DNA from: Spirochaetia bacterium
GTDB taxonomy: Bacteria > Spirochaetota > Spirochaetia > UBA9216
Reading direction: 5' to 3'
Length of the DNA stretch: 64,000 bases
Assembly (NCBI GenBank): GCA_963677925.2
Contig: CAXXYH010000004.1
Location: forward strand, 1,792,001-1,856,000
The first letter of the stretch is position 1; each line of letters begins with the position of its first letter. The notes under the pieces are model-generated. The model saw nothing but the letters and a program-made list of their open reading frames with translations. It was not told the origin of the DNA and did not search any database. Made by a program: the position numbers and the translations under genes. Below, piece by piece: positions 1 through 12,118 of the stretch.

Positions 1-49
1 CACAGAACGTGATGAAGAACTGATTACCCGTCAGGGAAGCCAGTTCTAA
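1..49 (+). CDS. rpoB: 3' end of RNA polymerase beta subunit (partial)
   Basis: Frame 2 reads TERDEELITRQGSQF* (TAA 47-49) directly before rpoC; identity inferred mainly from position. Confidence 0.75.
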   Translation, partial: TERDEELITRQGSQF

Positions 50-63
50 GGGGGGAATGAAGA

Positions 64-3000
64 ATGAGAGAAATTCAGGATTTTGATCATATACAGATAA
101 TGCTTGCCTCACCCGAGCAGATCAGGGCATGGTCTTACGGTGAAGTAAAAAAGCCGGAAACCATTAACTATAGAACTCTCAGGCCTGAAAAAGACGGTCT
201 GTTCTGTGAAAGAATTTTCGGAACAACCAAGGAATGGGAATGTTACTGCGGAAAGTTTAAGTCTATCCGTTATAAGGGTGTTATATGTGACCGTTGTGGA
301 GTAGAGGTTACTCACTTTAAGGTTCGCCGTGAAAGAATGGGTCATATTGAACTCGCATCACCGGTATCACATATATGGTACTACCGTTCTGTTCCATCAA
401 GAATGGGACTTCTGCTTGATTTAACAGTAGCTGCACTGAGATCTATTCTGTATTACGAAAAATATATAGTTATTGATCCGGGTGATACGGATCTTAAGAA
501 GATGGAACTCCTTACGGAGGAAGAATTTAACAGTGCCAGAGAGCGTTACGGAATGAGTTTTTCCGCCGGTATCGGTGCTGAAGCTATAAGAACGCTTCTT
601 GAGAGAATAGACCTTGACCTGCTCAGCTCGGAACTCAGAGTCAAGATGATCGAGAAGGGTGCAAAGGCTGATAAAAGACTTCTTAAAAGAATTGAGATTG
701 TAGAAAACTTCAGGGATTCAAAGAATAAGCCTGAATGGATGATTCTCGATGTTATTCCTGTTATACCGCCTGAGTTGAGGCCGATGGTTCAGCTTGACGG
801 AGGACGTTTTGCCACATCTGACCTTAATGATCTTTACAGAAGAGTAATTAACCGAAATAACCGTCTAAAGAGACTTATGGCGCTTAATGCTCCTGATATC
901 ATCATCAGGAATGAAAAAAGAATGCTTCAGGAAGCTGTGGATGCCCTTTTTGATAACTCAAAGAAGAAGAGAGTTGTTAAGGGTGCTTCAAACAGGCCTC
1001 TTAAGTCGCTTTCTGACTTCCTTAAGGGTAAGCAGGGTCGTTTCAGGCAGAACCTTCTTGGTAAGCGAGTTGACTATTCAGGCCGTTCGGTTATCGTTGT
1101 TGGTCCGGATCTTAGAATGCATCAGTGCGGTCTCCCTACAAAGATGGCTCTTGAGCTTTATAAGCCGTTTATAATGAAAAAACTCGTCGAAAAAGACGTT
1201 GTTTATAATATTAAGAAAGCAAAAAATCTTGTTGAGCAGGAGACTCCGGAAGTCTGGGCTGTTCTCGATGAGGTTGTAAAAGAGCATCCTGTTTTACTTA
1301 ACCGAGCACCGACTCTTCACAGGCTTGGTATTCAGGCTTTCGAGCCGGTACTGGTTGAAGGTAAGGCAATAAAGCTGCATCCGCTTGTCTGTCATGCATA
1401 TAATGCAGACTTTGACGGTGACCAGATGGCTGTTCACGTGCCTCTTACCCAGGCTGCACAGATAGAGTGCTGGACGCTCATGCTTTCAGTAAATAACCTT
1501 CTTAACCCTGCAAGCGGTACGCCTGTAGTATTTCCTTCACAGGATATGGTTCTTGGAATCAACTATCTTACCAGGGCCAGGGCCGGTGCTCATGGAGAAG
1601 GCAGATGGTACGGTTCGCCTGAGGATATCATACTTGCTCAGGAAGCCGGTGCTGTTGATTTTCAGGCACTTTGTAAAGTTAAAATAGACGGCGAGTATAT
1701 TGAAACAACAGCCGGACGTATAATTTTCAACCAGGCAATGCCTGAAGAGGTTGATTATGTAAACCATTCTCTTGGCGATAAGGAGCTTAAGGTTCTTATT
1801 GCTGAGAGCATAAAGAAAAAGGGTCCTGCAGTTACTGTACGTATGCTTGACGCCATAAAGGATACCGGCTTCAAGTATGCGACTGTTTTCGGGGCAACTA
1901 TCAGTATGGAAGATATTGTTATTCCAACTGAGAAAAAGGATATGATTGAAACTGCAAATAATGAAGTTCTGACTATTCAGGAGCAGTATCTGCAGGGGCA
2001 TATTACCTCAGAAGAGCGTTATAACAGGGTTGTCGAAGTATGGAGTAAGACGAATGAAGAGCTTACGAACGTACTGATGAAGACTCTGAAGGATGATCGG
2101 GCCGGGTTTAACCCTGTGTATATGATGGCTGATTCGGGAGCCCGAGGTAGCCGTACGCAGATTAGACAGTTGGCCGGTATGCGTGGTCTTATGGCTAAGC
2201 CTTCGGGTGATATTATCGAACTTCCTATCCGTTCTAACTTTAAAGAAGGACTTTCGATTATTGAGTTCTTTATTTCAACCAACGGTGCCCGAAAGGGTCT
2301 TGCTGATACGGCTCTTAAAACAGCCGACGCCGGTTATCTGACTCGTCGTCTTGTTGATATTGCTCAGGATGTTGTTGTTAATGAAGATGACTGCGGAACT
2401 ATTAATGGTATTGAAATCAGGGCTATTAAAGAGGGTGAGGAAGTAATCGAATCACTCAGTGACCGAATTGTAGGCCGTTTTACGCTTGAGCGGGTTAAAC
2501 ACCCGATTACCGGCGATATAATGGTCGACGTTAATGAAGAAATTACAGATGAGATTGCAATTGCAATAGAGGAATCCGGAGTTGAGACTGTAAGAATCAG
2601 AACAGTTCTTACCTGTGAAGCTGAGCATGGAGTCTGTCGTAAATGTTACGGTAGAAACCTTGCAAAGAATATGACTGTTGAAATTGGTGAGGCGGTAGGT
2701 ATTATTGCTGCTCAGTCGATTGGTCAGCCCGGAACCCAGCTTACCATGAGAACCTTCCATATCGGTGGTGCTGCTACAAAAGTTTCTGAAGAAAACAGAA
2801 CCTATCTGCACTATCCTGTTGTTATAAAGGAAGTTAACGGAACAACTGTAACTCTTGAAAACGGAGATGTGCTCTATACAAGAAAGGGTAATGTTATTGT
2901 TGCCCGTGTTCTTCAGAGGCTTCCGCTTGGAAAAGACGGGAAAGTTGTGGCTGAAAACGGTACAAAAGTAGTTCCCGGAGATGTTGTAGTTAAAACAAAA

Positions 3001-4392
3001 TCGGGTGAACTGGCTGCTGAGGAGATCGGGTTTGTGCATGTTCTTGAATCCGAGGTTGTTCTTATAGCACAGGATCAGAAAATAGATATCAGGACCGGTG
3101 CAAAGCTGATGATTGGTGTCGGTTCTGTTGTTGCTGCGGAAGATTCAATCGCGATATTCGACCCCTTCTCTGAGCCGATTATAGCTGAGGTAGAAGGTAC
3201 TGTAAAATATCAGGATATTATTCTCGGAACAACACTCAAGGAAGAGGTTAACGAGGATACCGGAAATATTGACAAGAAGATCACTGAGCATATGCTTGAA
3301 ACACTGCAGCCGATGCTGGTTATTGTTGATAGCGAAGGCGAGGAAATTGCAAATTATTACCTGCCGGGTAATGCATATCTTAATATTGAAGACGGTGAAA
3401 AAGTACGTGTAGGTAAAACTCTTGCAAAGCTGCTCAAAGAAAGTGTTAAAACAAGGGATATTACCGGTGGTCTTCCTAGAGTTGGTGAACTTTTTGAAGC
3501 CAGACGTCCTAAGAGTCCGGCAGTTCTTGCAAAGATTAGTGGAATTATCCATCTTAAGGGAATTGTAAAGGGTAAGCGTGTTATTGAGATAGAAGACAGT
3601 TTTGCAAAAGAAGACGGAGCGAACAGTAAGGTCTTCAAGCACCTTGTTCCTATGGGTAAACACCTTCTTGTAAGAGATGGAGACCTTGTTGAAGCTGGCG
3701 AACAGCTTTGTGACGGAAGCATTGATCCGCATGATATTCTTGATATCCTGGGTGAGAATGAACTCCAGTCCTTCCTTGTTAATGAGGTGCAGGAAGTTTA
3801 CCGAATGCAGGGTGTAGTTATTAACGATAAGCATATCGGTGTTATTGTCCGTCAGATGATGCGAAAGGTTGAAATTTGGCAGGTTGGCGATACTAACTTT
3901 ATCTATGGCCAGCAGGTTGACAAATATAAATTTCACGAAGAGAACCGTAAGGTTATGAGAGAGGGCGGGCAGCCTGCAGTGGCCAGGCCGCTTCTTCTTG
4001 GTATAACCAGGGCTTCGCTGAATATTGATTCCTTCCTTTCGGCAGCTTCCTTTCAGGAGACAACAAAGGTTCTTACCAATGCTGCAATTGCCGGAAGCAC
4101 TGATAAGCTCAGAGGTCTTAAGGAGAATGTTGTTATCGGACATCCGATACCTGCAGGAACAGGTATGAGAGCTTACAGGAATGTTCGTCTTTATGATGAG
4201 AACTCTGAAAACCTTGATGCTTCAATCGCTATGATTCTTGAACAGCGTAAGGCTGAAAAAGCGGCTATGGAAGCTATTGATAATGATGATGATGACGGCG
4301 ATGACAGTACACAGCTTAAACCGAAATTCGGTTTTGAGCAGACATTATCTGAAGCAGGGATTATTGATTCCAGAATGGATGATGACGAATAG
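64..4392 (+). CDS. rpoC: DNA-directed RNA polymerase beta' subunit
   Basis: NADFDGD catalytic motif, N-terminal Zn ribbon (CYCGK...CDRC), [25 protein letters not shown], acidic C-tail. Confidence 0.99.
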   Translation: MREIQDFDHIQIMLASPEQIRAWSYGEVKKPETINYRTLRPEKDGLFCERIFGTTKEWECYCGKFKSIRYKGVICDRCGVEVTHFKVRRERMGHIELASPVSHIWYYRSVPSRMGLLLDLTVAALRSILYYEKYIVIDPGDTDLKKMELLTEEEFNSARERYGMSFSAGIGAEAIRTLLERIDLDLLSSELRVKMIEKGAKADKRLLKRIEIVENFRDSKNKPEWMILDVIPVIPPELRPMVQLDGGRFATSDLNDLYRRVINRNNRLKRLMALNAPDIIIRNEKRMLQEAVDALFDNSKKKRVVKGASNRPLKSLSDFLKGKQGRFRQNLLGKRVDYSGRSVIVVGPDLRMHQCGLPTKMALELYKPFIMKKLVEKDVVYNIKKAKNLVEQETPEVWAVLDEVVKEHPVLLNRAPTLHRLGIQAFEPVLVEGKAIKLHPLVCHAYNADFDGDQMAVHVPLTQAAQIECWTLMLSVNNLLNPASGTPVVFPSQDMVLGINYLTRARAGAHGEGRWYGSPEDIILAQEAGAVDFQALCKVKIDGEYIETTAGRIIFNQAMPEEVDYVNHSLGDKELKVLIAESIKKKGPAVTVRMLDAIKDTGFKYATVFGATISMEDIVIPTEKKDMIETANNEVLTIQEQYLQGHITSEERYNRVVEVWSKTNEELTNVLMKTLKDDRAGFNPVYMMADSGARGSRTQIRQLAGMRGLMAKPSGDIIELPIRSNFKEGLSIIEFFISTNGARKGLADTALKTADAGYLTRRLVDIAQDVVVNEDDCGTINGIEIRAIKEGEEVIESLSDRIVGRFTLERVKHPITGDIMVDVNEEITDEIAIAIEESGVETVRIRTVLTCEAEHGVCRKCYGRNLAKNMTVEIGEAVGIIAAQSIGQPGTQLTMRTFHIGGAATKVSEENRTYLHYPVVIKEVNGTTVTLENGDVLYTRKGNVIVARVLQRLPLGKDGKVVAENGTKVVPGDVVVKTKSGELAAEEIGFVHVLESEVVLIAQDQKIDIRTGAKLMIGVGSVVAAEDSIAIFDPFSEPIIAEVEGTVKYQDIILGTTLKEEVNEDTGNIDKKITEHMLETLQPMLVIVDSEGEEIANYYLPGNAYLNIEDGEKVRVGKTLAKLLKESVKTRDITGGLPRVGELFEARRPKSPAVLAKISGIIHLKGIVKGKRVIEIEDSFAKEDGANSKVFKHLVPMGKHLLVRDGDLVEAGEQLCDGSIDPHDILDILGENELQSFLVNEVQEVYRMQGVVINDKHIGVIVRQMMRKVEIWQVGDTNFIYGQQVDKYKFHEENRKVMREGGQPAVARPLLLGITRASLNIDSFLSAASFQETTKVLTNAAIAGSTDKLRGLKENVVIGHPIPAGTGMRAYRNVRLYDENSENLDASIAMILEQRKAEKAAMEAIDNDDDDGDDSTQLKPKFGFEQTLSEAGIIDSRMDDDE

Positions 4393-4444
4393 ATAATTAT
4401 TTGTATTTATTACATTTGTCTCTGAGTATGAAGGGACAGTGGGC

Positions 4445-4473
4445 TTGACTTTTTTTCAGCTGGCTGTTAGAGT
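4445..4473 (+). promoter_or_regulatory. sigma70-type promoter candidate for rpsL-rpsG, embedded in an inverted repeat
   Basis: TTGACT(4445-50), 17 nt, TAGAGT(4468-73), with TGn extended -10. Confidence 0.6.
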
Positions 4474-4521
4474 CAAGCTCACGAAAAACCAATATAAGGT
4501 ATTAGGGAGTAATACACGTAA

Positions 4522-4896
4522 ATGCCTACAATAAATCAACTTGTAAGAAAAGGCAGAAAGCAGGTAACTAAGAAAACTACAGCACCTGCTCTTGATGCCT
4601 GTCCACAGAAGAGAGGGGTATGTACCCGTGTGATGACTGTGACTCCTAAAAAGCCTAATTCTGCTTTGCGTAAAGTGGCAAGGGTAAGATTGACTAATGG
4701 AATAGAGGTTACTGCATATATTCCCGGTGTAGGTCACAATCTTCAGGAACACTCAGTTGTTCTACTGCGCGGGGGCAGGGTTAAGGATCTTCCAGGAGTT
4801 CGTTACCACATTGTCAGAGGAGCCAAGGATACCCTTGGTGTAGATGATCGAAAGCAGGGCCGTTCCAAGTACGGTACCAAGAAGCCAAAGGCATAG
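4522..4896 (+). CDS. rpsL: 30S ribosomal protein S12
   Basis: [34 protein letters not shown]. Confidence 0.99.
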   Translation: MPTINQLVRKGRKQVTKKTTAPALDACPQKRGVCTRVMTVTPKKPNSALRKVARVRLTNGIEVTAYIPGVGHNLQEHSVVLLRGGRVKDLPGVRYHIVRGAKDTLGVDDRKQGRSKYGTKKPKA

Positions 4897-4904
4897 GAGT
4901 CTGA

Positions 4905-5381
<477 letters not shown>

Positions 5382-5434
5382 TCTTAAAAATCTGTTTAAA
5401 AACAGGTTTACAGCCTCTTCGGCTATAGTAGAGG

Positions 5435-5463
5435 TTGACTTTAATGCCTATAGCTATTATAGT
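5435..5463 (+). promoter_or_regulatory. sigma70 promoter for tuf-S10 cluster
   Basis: TTGACT(5435-40), 17 nt, TATAGT(5458-63). Confidence 0.7.
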
Positions 5464-5469
5464 GCATGA

Positions 5470-5804
5470 ACTTGCTTGGAACTATTTTAGTTCTGCAATC
5501 GAACCGGTTGGTTCGATATAGGTTACCAAACCAATCGTCCTTTTGAGCTGTCGAATGGGTGATAAGGTGGTACTGTCTTAGATTTTTTCGCATTAAATGT
5601 GGCTTATTCTAAACATTACCATCTAATCTTACAGTTATACAGGCGAAGTTCGGTAATCTCCAGATCAGATCTGGACCAAAATAATGTTTGTTGATGACAG
5701 TGTTGTGAACAATCTTTTCTGCGGCAGTTTGTCGTCTGGATTGTACAGTATAGTCATACTATTTTTTATTGAGCCATTAATATAATCGTGGTAAGGAGGA
5801 ATAA
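5470..5804 (+). ncRNA. putative structured 5' leader RNA of tuf/S10 operon
   Basis: About 335 nt non-coding with several hairpins, e.g. ATCGAACC-ggtt-GGTTCGAT 5498-5517, TCCAGAT-cag-ATCTGGA 5659-5675, long GGTGGTA...TACCATC stem about 5566-5623. Confidence 0.45.
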
Positions 5805-6989
5805 ATGGCTAAAGAAAAGTTTAACAGAACTAAAGACCATGTAAACGTTGGTACTATCGGACACGTTGACCATGGAAAAACTACTCTTACTGCTGCTATC
5901 TCTATGTATTGTTCAAAGAAGGCAGGCGGTAAGATCATGAATTATGATGATATCGACAATGCTCCGGAAGAAAAAGCCAGAGGTATAACCATTAATACAC
6001 GTCACATTGAGTATGAAACAGAAAAAAGACATTATGCTCATGTTGACTGTCCGGGCCATGCTGACTACATCAAAAACATGATCACCGGTGCTGCTCAGAT
6101 GGACGGTGCAATTATTCTTGTTGCTGCTGATTCAGGACCTGAACCGCAGACAAGAGAGCACATCCTTCTTGCAAGGCAGGTTGGCGTTCCTAAACTTATT
6201 GTTTTCCTCAACAAGATGGACCTTGCGGATCCTGAGCTTGTTGAGCTTGTTGAAGTTGAGGTTCAGGAACTTCTTGAATCTTATGAGTTCCCTTCAGATT
6301 GTCCTATTATCAAGGGTTCAGCTTTTGAAGCTATGAGTAATCCTGATGATCCTGAGAAGACAGCATGTATTCAGGAACTTCTTGATGCTATGGATACTTA
6401 TTTTCCTGTTCCTGAAAGAGCAGTTGATAAGCCTTTCCTTATGCCTATTGAAGATATTTTCTCAATTCAGGGTCGAGGTACTGTAGTTACAGGACGTATT
6501 GAACGCGGTATTGTTCACGTTGGTGATGAGATTGAAATTGTCGGTATCAAAGATACTGCAAAGACTACATGTACCGGTGTTGAAATGTTTAATAAGCTTC
6601 TTGATGAAGGTCAGGCTGGTGATAACATCGGTGCTCTTCTTAGAGGTACTGACAAGAAAGAAGTTGAGAGAGGGCAGGTTCTTGCTAAGCCGGGAACAAT
6701 TACTCCTCATAAGAAGTTTAAAGGGGCTATCTACGTACTCAGTAAAGAAGAGGGTGGTAGACATTCTCCATTCTTTTCAGGATACAGACCTCAGTTTTAC
6801 TTCAGAACTACTGACATTACTGGTTCAGTAACTCTTGCTGAAGATAAGCAGATGGTTATGCCTGGCGATCATGTTGAGCTTACAGTTGAGCTTATTCACC
6901 CGATTGCTATGGATCCGGGTCTTAGATTTGCTATCCGCGAGGGTGGTAGAACAGTTGCCAGTGGTCAGGTAACTGAAATAATCGAATAA
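5805..6989 (+). CDS. tuf: elongation factor Tu
   Basis: [30 protein letters not shown]; strong SD AAGGAGG. Confidence 0.99.
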   Translation: MAKEKFNRTKDHVNVGTIGHVDHGKTTLTAAISMYCSKKAGGKIMNYDDIDNAPEEKARGITINTRHIEYETEKRHYAHVDCPGHADYIKNMITGAAQMDGAIILVAADSGPEPQTREHILLARQVGVPKLIVFLNKMDLADPELVELVEVEVQELLESYEFPSDCPIIKGSAFEAMSNPDDPEKTACIQELLDAMDTYFPVPERAVDKPFLMPIEDIFSIQGRGTVVTGRIERGIVHVGDEIEIVGIKDTAKTTCTGVEMFNKLLDEGQAGDNIGALLRGTDKKEVERGQVLAKPGTITPHKKFKGAIYVLSKEEGGRHSPFFSGYRPQFYFRTTDITGSVTLAEDKQMVMPGDHVELTVELIHPIAMDPGLRFAIREGGRTVASGQVTEIIE

Positions 6990-6994
6990 TTTTA

Positions 6995-7033
6995 GACAGG
7001 GGTCCCGGCCTGAGGGTTGGGACTCTATTTGTC
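6995..7033 (+). promoter_or_regulatory. stable RNA hairpin between tuf and rpsJ, abutting the rpsJ SD
   Basis: GACA-GGGGTCCCGGCC-tgag-GGTTGGGACTCT-att-TGTC with G-U pairs; AGGAGGA follows at 7034. Confidence 0.55.
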
Positions 7034-7043
7034 AGGAGGAATA

Positions 7044-7355
7044 ATGGCCAGTAATGATAGAATCCGCGTTAGGTTAAGAGGATTTGATGTTGAGTTAGTT
7101 GATCAGAGTGCCAAGTCTATAGTTCAGACTGTTGGTAAGGCAGGTGCCAAGGTGGCCGGGCCTATACCTCTTCCTACAAGGATTAACAAATATACTGTTC
7201 TTCGGTCTCCTCATGTTAACAAGAAGTCCAGAGAGCAGTTTGAGATGAGAACACATAAAAGACTGATTGACATTTTAGACCCTACTTCAAAAGTTATGGA
7301 CGCTTTAATGACTTTAGAGCTTCCCGCTGGCGTTGATGTAGAGATTAAGCAGTAA
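7044..7355 (+). CDS. rpsJ: 30S ribosomal protein S10
   Basis: [27 protein letters not shown]; start moved to ATG 7044 after SD. Confidence 0.98.
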   Translation: MASNDRIRVRLRGFDVELVDQSAKSIVQTVGKAGAKVAGPIPLPTRINKYTVLRSPHVNKKSREQFEMRTHKRLIDILDPTSKVMDALMTLELPAGVDVEIKQ

Positions 7356-7383
7356 CTGCAATTTTATTGATTTGAGGTATACG

Positions 7384-8004
7384 ATGTTAGGGCTAATCGG
7401 CAAGAAAGTCGGAATGACACAGGTCTATGATGAGATGGGAGTAATGACTCCTGTAACCGTTATTAAGTTTGAAGAAAATGTTGTAGTCGGTAAAAAAAGC
7501 ATAGATAAAGACGGTTACGAAGCCTGTGTGCTGGGGACTGTAGATAAAAAGAAGAATAGAGTAAGCAAACCTTACGCAGGACAGTTTCCTGAAGGCGTTG
7601 AGCCAAAGCAGTTTCTTTATGAAATGAGAGATTTTGAGCTCGAAGCAGAGGTTGGACAGAAATACGGTGTTGAGCTTTTTGATGAGCTTCGTTTTGTAGA
7701 TGTTATTGGAACAACCAAGGGTAAAGGTTACCAGGGTGTAATGAAGCGTCACGGTTTCGGCGGTGGACGCAAGACTCATGGTTCTAAGTTTCACAGAGCT
7801 AACGGTTCAACCGGTATGGCGGCTTATCCATCACGAGTTATGAAGGGTACAAAAATGCCCGGTAGGATGGGAGCTGATAGAAAGACGGTGCAGAACCTGA
7901 AAGTAGTCAGGGTTGATGCAGGTAAGCAGATTATTCTTGTGAAAGGTGCCGTACCTGGAACCAGAAACAGTGTTGTGCTGGTCAGGAAGGCCAAGAAGAA
8001 ATAG
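7384..8004 (+). CDS. rplC: 50S ribosomal protein L3
   Basis: GKKVGMTQ, KGKGYQGVMKRHGF; ATG 7384 after GAGGT. Confidence 0.98.
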   Translation: MLGLIGKKVGMTQVYDEMGVMTPVTVIKFEENVVVGKKSIDKDGYEACVLGTVDKKKNRVSKPYAGQFPEGVEPKQFLYEMRDFELEAEVGQKYGVELFDELRFVDVIGTTKGKGYQGVMKRHGFGGGRKTHGSKFHRANGSTGMAAYPSRVMKGTKMPGRMGADRKTVQNLKVVRVDAGKQIILVKGAVPGTRNSVVLVRKAKKK

Positions 8005-8018
8005 TAAAGGATAAGAAT

Positions 8019-8654
8019 ATGAAAGCAAAGGTCTTTTCGGTAAAAGGCGAAGAGATAAAAGATATAACTCTTAATGATGATGTTTTTGGTCGAGAGGTCA
8101 GCGAGGGTGCAATCTATTATGCTATCAGAAATGAGCTTGCTAATAGAAGAGTCGGAACTGCCTGCACAAAAACACGCGCCGAAGTTAATTATAGTAATGC
8201 TAAGCCATGGAGTCAGAAGGGTACTGGTCATGCCAGATCCGGTGATAAAAAATCACCTGTTTGGGTTGGCGGAGGTACAATCTTTGGGCCAAGGCCGAGA
8301 GATTATTCTTACAGCATTCCTAAGAAAATGAAGAGAGCAGCGATGAAATCAATTCTGAGCCTTAAGGTGAAGGAAGAATCGCTTCGAATAGTTGAGGACT
8401 TTAATGTAGAGTCCGGCAAAACTAAAGATCTTGTTAGTATTCTTAAAAACCATGTTGGCGGTGAAAAGACAATAATGGTTCTTAAAGATGATGATCAGAT
8501 GATAAAAAGAGCAGGAAAGAATATACCCTGGCTTAGAATACTTTCCTTTGATCGTCTTAATGCACATGATCTTTTCTACGGAAAAAAGGTTATTGTCCTG
8601 GAAGCTGCTGCGGGAAGCCTTAATGATTTTTACGGAAAGAAAGAGGGGAAATAA
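8019..8654 (+). CDS. rplD: 50S ribosomal protein L4
   Basis: KPWSQKGTGHARSG, WVGGGTIFGP. Confidence 0.98.
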   Translation: MKAKVFSVKGEEIKDITLNDDVFGREVSEGAIYYAIRNELANRRVGTACTKTRAEVNYSNAKPWSQKGTGHARSGDKKSPVWVGGGTIFGPRPRDYSYSIPKKMKRAAMKSILSLKVKEESLRIVEDFNVESGKTKDLVSILKNHVGGEKTIMVLKDDDQMIKRAGKNIPWLRILSFDRLNAHDLFYGKKVIVLEAAAGSLNDFYGKKEGK

Positions 8655-8957
8655 ATGGATTCAATGCAGGTATTGATTTCTCCGGTTTTAACCGAAAAAA
8701 CAAATCTCATGAGAGAAGGTGAAACCCGGAAGTATGTTTTTAAGGTTGATAGACGTGCTAACAAGGTACAGATTATGACTGCTGTTAAAGAAGTCTTTAA
8801 TGTGCAGCCTGTTGCATGTAATATCATAAATGTTAAGTCTAAACCAAGAATGTCACGTACCAAATCAGGTATGAGGTATGGTCAGACTGCAACATGGAAG
8901 AAAGCAATTGTTACCCTTAAAGCGGGTGATAAAATTGAGTCGGTTGACGGCGTATAG
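8655..8957 (+). CDS. rplW: 50S ribosomal protein L23
   Basis: PVLTEK, WKKAIVTL; operon position. Confidence 0.97.
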   Translation: MDSMQVLISPVLTEKTNLMREGETRKYVFKVDRRANKVQIMTAVKEVFNVQPVACNIINVKSKPRMSRTKSGMRYGQTATWKKAIVTLKAGDKIESVDGV

Positions 8958-8981
8958 ATGGTAAGGATTTAGGGGGCTAAT

Positions 8982-9806
8982 GTGGGAATCAAGAAATACA
9001 ATCCTAGAACTCCAAGCCTGAGGTATAAGACCACTCTGACCTTTGATGAAATTACAACAAGGGTACCGGAAAAGTCGTTAACCAAAGGGCTTAGTTATAA
9101 AGCTGGTCGTGGTGCCGGTGGAAGAATCAGTGTTAGAAGACGTGGCGGCGGTCACAAGAAAAAATATAGAGTAATTGACTTCAAAAGAGACAAATACGGA
9201 GTACCCGGCAAGGTTATTTCTGTTGAGTACGATCCCAACAGAACTGCAAATATTGCACTCGTAAGCTATGCTGACGGGGAAAAGAGGTACATCCTTGCTC
9301 CAAAGGGTCTTCAGGTAGGTGCTACCGTCATGAGCGGTCCTGAAGCTCCGCTTGAGTCAGGAAACAGTCTTCCTCTTGAAGCTATTCCGCTCGGTATGAC
9401 GGTTCACAATGTCGAACTTCAGCTGGGCAGGGGCGGTCAGATGGTACGCTCTGCAGGAATGAGTGCTTCAGTTGTTGCAAAGGAAGGCGATTACGTGACG
9501 CTTAAACTGCCTTCTGGTGAAATGAGAATGGTTTTCAAAAAATGTTCAGCAACACTTGGTATTGTTGGAAACGAAGACCATATGAACGTAAATCTCGGTA
9601 AAGCCGGTAGATCAAGATGGCTTGGCAAGAGACCTAAGGTTCGTGGTGTTGTTATGAATCCGCACGACCATCCGCATGGTGGTGGTGAGGGTAAAACATC
9701 CGGTGGTCGTCATCCGGTTACTCCATGGGGTATTCCTACTAAGGGATATAAGACCAGGAAGAAGAGTAAGTCTTCCAGCAGATTTATAGTCAAGAAGCGG
9801 AAGTAG
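8982..9806 (+). CDS. rplB: 50S ribosomal protein L2
   Basis: [26 protein letters not shown]; GTG start. Confidence 0.99.
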   Translation: MGIKKYNPRTPSLRYKTTLTFDEITTRVPEKSLTKGLSYKAGRGAGGRISVRRRGGGHKKKYRVIDFKRDKYGVPGKVISVEYDPNRTANIALVSYADGEKRYILAPKGLQVGATVMSGPEAPLESGNSLPLEAIPLGMTVHNVELQLGRGGQMVRSAGMSASVVAKEGDYVTLKLPSGEMRMVFKKCSATLGIVGNEDHMNVNLGKAGRSRWLGKRPKVRGVVMNPHDHPHGGGEGKTSGGRHPVTPWGIPTKGYKTRKKSKSSSRFIVKKRK

Positions 9807-9817
9807 GAGTTTAACTA

Positions 9818-10099
9818 GTGGCAAGGTCAATAAAGAAAGGTCCTTTTATTGAAAGGAAACTGTATAAAAGAGTAGTTGAAATGGCTAAAGCCGGTGATAA
9901 GAAAATGCTCAAGACTTTTTCAAGAGCATCAACTATTATACCGGAAATGGTTGGGTTTACAGTATCCGTGTATAACGGAAAAACATGGGTTCCCGTGTAT
10001 GTAACTGAAAACCTTGTAGGTCACAAGCTCGGTGAGTTCGCACCTACAAGATTCTATAGAGGCCATACAGCTTCTGATAAGAAATCTTCTAAGAGATAG
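9818..10099 (+). CDS. rpsS: 30S ribosomal protein S19
   Basis: [20 protein letters not shown]; GTG start. Confidence 0.99.
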   Translation: MARSIKKGPFIERKLYKRVVEMAKAGDKKMLKTFSRASTIIPEMVGFTVSVYNGKTWVPVYVTENLVGHKLGEFAPTRFYRGHTASDKKSSKR

Positions 10100-10105
10100 G
10101 GTGAG

Positions 10106-10471
10106 ATGATGGACGCGAAAAAAGGTTATAAAGCAAAATCAACACATCTGATGATATCTCCTACCAAATTAAGAAGGGTAGCTAATGTTGTAAGGATGAA
10201 ACCTTATACAGAGGCTGTTGCGATACTGGAAAGTCTTCCTCATAAAGGCGCTGTATATCTTAAAAAAACAATACAGTCTGCTGCAGCAAATGCTCTTGTT
10301 CAGAATAAAAATCTTGATGAAGAAATGCTCTACATTAAGACTCTGATGGTGGATGAAGGCCCTAGAATGAAAAGAGTATGGGCACGTGGTAGAGGAAGAA
10401 GAGACCTTCTTCTTAAGAGAATGAGTCATATAACTGTTGTTGTTGATGAAATAGGTAGTTTGGGGGAATAA
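10106..10471 (+). CDS. rplV: 50S ribosomal protein L22
   Basis: ISPTKLRRVA, SAAANA, VDEGPRMKR, SHITVVV. Confidence 0.98.
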   Translation: MMDAKKGYKAKSTHLMISPTKLRRVANVVRMKPYTEAVAILESLPHKGAVYLKKTIQSAAANALVQNKNLDEEMLYIKTLMVDEGPRMKRVWARGRGRRDLLLKRMSHITVVVDEIGSLGE

Positions 10472-11173
10472 ATGGGTCAGAAAGTTAATCCTATTGGTCT
10501 GCGGTTAGGTATAAATAAAACCTGGAAATCTAAGTGGTACGTAGACCCAAGAGAATATGCGGATACACTGCATGAAGATCTTGTTATTAGAAAAACCCTG
10601 CTCAATTGTCCTGAGACAAACGGAGCAGATATTTCGGATATTGAGATTATCAGACACCCGCAGAGAATAACTGTTGTGATTCATACTTCCAGACCGGGAA
10701 TCATTATCGGTGCTAAGGGTGCCAATATTGAGAAAATCGGCAACAGACTTCAGACTATTTCAGGAAAGAAAATCCAGATTAAAATTAAAGAGATAAAGCA
10801 GCCTGAAAATGATGCTCAGATTATTGCACTTAATGTAGCAAGACAGCTTAAATCAAGAAGTTCTTTCAGAAGAACTTTGAAGATGGCCGTTAACAACGCT
10901 ATGAAAACAGGTGTTCAGGGAATTAAAATTAAAGTTTCCGGAAGACTTGGCGGTGCTGAAATGTCAAGAACTGAACAGTATAAAGCTGGGCGTGTTCCTC
11001 TGCATACTCTTAGAGCTAATATCGATTATGGTTTCGCTGAAGCTGATACAACTTTCGGTTTAATCGGAGTTAAGGTCTGGGTTTTCACCGGCGAGGTATA
11101 CAAGAGAGACAGGAAGGAAGATGCCGGACTGCTTGTTAAAAAGCAGAGGGAAAAATCCTCCTCAAGGAGTTAG
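10472..11173 (+). CDS. rpsC: 30S ribosomal protein S3
   Basis: [32 protein letters not shown]. Confidence 0.99.
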   Translation: MGQKVNPIGLRLGINKTWKSKWYVDPREYADTLHEDLVIRKTLLNCPETNGADISDIEIIRHPQRITVVIHTSRPGIIIGAKGANIEKIGNRLQTISGKKIQIKIKEIKQPENDAQIIALNVARQLKSRSSFRRTLKMAVNNAMKTGVQGIKIKVSGRLGGAEMSRTEQYKAGRVPLHTLRANIDYGFAEADTTFGLIGVKVWVFTGEVYKRDRKEDAGLLVKKQREKSSSRS

Positions 11174-11179
11174 TGCAAG

Positions 11180-11593
11180 ATGCTTAGTCCTAAGAGAACG
11201 AAATTTAGAAAAAAACAGAGAGGCAGGCTTGTAGGTGAAGCTACCAGAGGCAATACGGTTGCTTTCGGTGACTTCGGACTTGTGTCTCTCGAAAATAAAT
11301 GGATAACAAACCGACAGATAGAAGCAGCACGTATTGCGATGACAAGGCATATCAAGAGGGGCGGTAAAGTCTGGATTAGAATTTTCCCGGATTTTCCATA
11401 TACCAAAAAACCTGCTGAAACCCGAATGGGTAAAGGTAAGGGTAACCCTGAATACTGGGTAGCTGAGGTAAAACCCGGCACAGTTATGTTTGAAATGGCC
11501 GGAGTTAGCTCTGAGCTTGCTGCAGAAGCTATGAGACTTGCGGGTAATAAACTGCCTATAAAAGTTAAGTTTGTCGAAAGAAGGAGTCTTTAA
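11180..11593 (+). CDS. rplP: 50S ribosomal protein L16
   Basis: [24 protein letters not shown]. Confidence 0.99.
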   Translation: MLSPKRTKFRKKQRGRLVGEATRGNTVAFGDFGLVSLENKWITNRQIEAARIAMTRHIKRGGKVWIRIFPDFPYTKKPAETRMGKGKGNPEYWVAEVKPGTVMFEMAGVSSELAAEAMRLAGNKLPIKVKFVERRSL

Positions 11594-11595
11594 GA

Positions 11596-11796
11596 ATGAA
11601 GAATTCATTTTCTGATTTAACTTATGAAGAACTTCTCAATAAAAGAGAAGAGCTTAAAAAGAAGCTTCTTGATGGCAGATTCAACAAGGTTCTTGGTCAT
11701 GTGGAAAGTCCGATTGAAATCAGGACTATGAGAAGACAGATCGCTAGATTGAATACTATTATTCATGAATATGCACTCGGAATTCGCAAGGCATAG
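11596..11796 (+). CDS. rpmC: 50S ribosomal protein L29
   Basis: [13 protein letters not shown]; position between rplP and rpsQ. Confidence 0.95.
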   Translation: MKNSFSDLTYEELLNKREELKKKLLDGRFNKVLGHVESPIEIRTMRRQIARLNTIIHEYALGIRKA

Positions 11797-11810
11797 TGCA
11801 GGAGATAGTT

Positions 11811-12086
11811 GTGGATACTAAAGCAGTAGAAAAGACAAAAGGCTATAATAAGACATTTCAGGGTGTAGTTGTCAGCGATAAAATGGATAAGACCATTGTT
11901 GTCGAAGTAAGGACAAAGAAACTTCACAGACTGTACAAGAAATATCTTTCTAGAACAAAGAAGCTTAAGGCACATGATGAGAAGAATGATGCTCATATCG
12001 GAGACACAGTCCGTGTAATTGAAACCAGACCTATCAGTAAAGATAAGTGCTGGCGCCTTCTCGAAATTGTTGAGAGAGCAAAATAA
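11811..12086 (+). CDS. rpsQ: 30S ribosomal protein S17
   Basis: [28 protein letters not shown]; GTG 11811 follows AGGAG. Confidence 0.97.
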   Translation: MDTKAVEKTKGYNKTFQGVVVSDKMDKTIVVEVRTKKLHRLYKKYLSRTKKLKAHDEKNDAHIGDTVRVIETRPISKDKCWRLLEIVERAK

Positions 12087-12118
12087 TTTAAAATTATTTT
12101 GTCTGAAGGAGTGATAAT

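Noticed and set aside
3145-4143. 332-aa antisense ORF inside rpoC, and similar ones in dnaK, tuf and r-protein genes
   Set aside because: Typical stop-poor antisense frames of biased, highly expressed genes; no recognisable motifs
4522-4896. Streptomycin-resistance alleles in rpsL
   Set aside because: Both key Lys positions (PKKPNS, RVKDLPG) are wild type
5466-5546. 26-codon ORF (MNLLGTILVLQ...) in the tuf leader
   Set aside because: ATG lies only 2 nt after the predicted -10, so probably upstream of the TSS; no SD; no similarity to EF-G seen
5382-5804. tRNA or fusA pseudogene in the rpsG-tuf gap
   Set aside because: GGTTCGA at 5510 resembles a T-loop but is one arm of a perfect hairpin and no cloverleaf could be built; no EF-G motifs recognised
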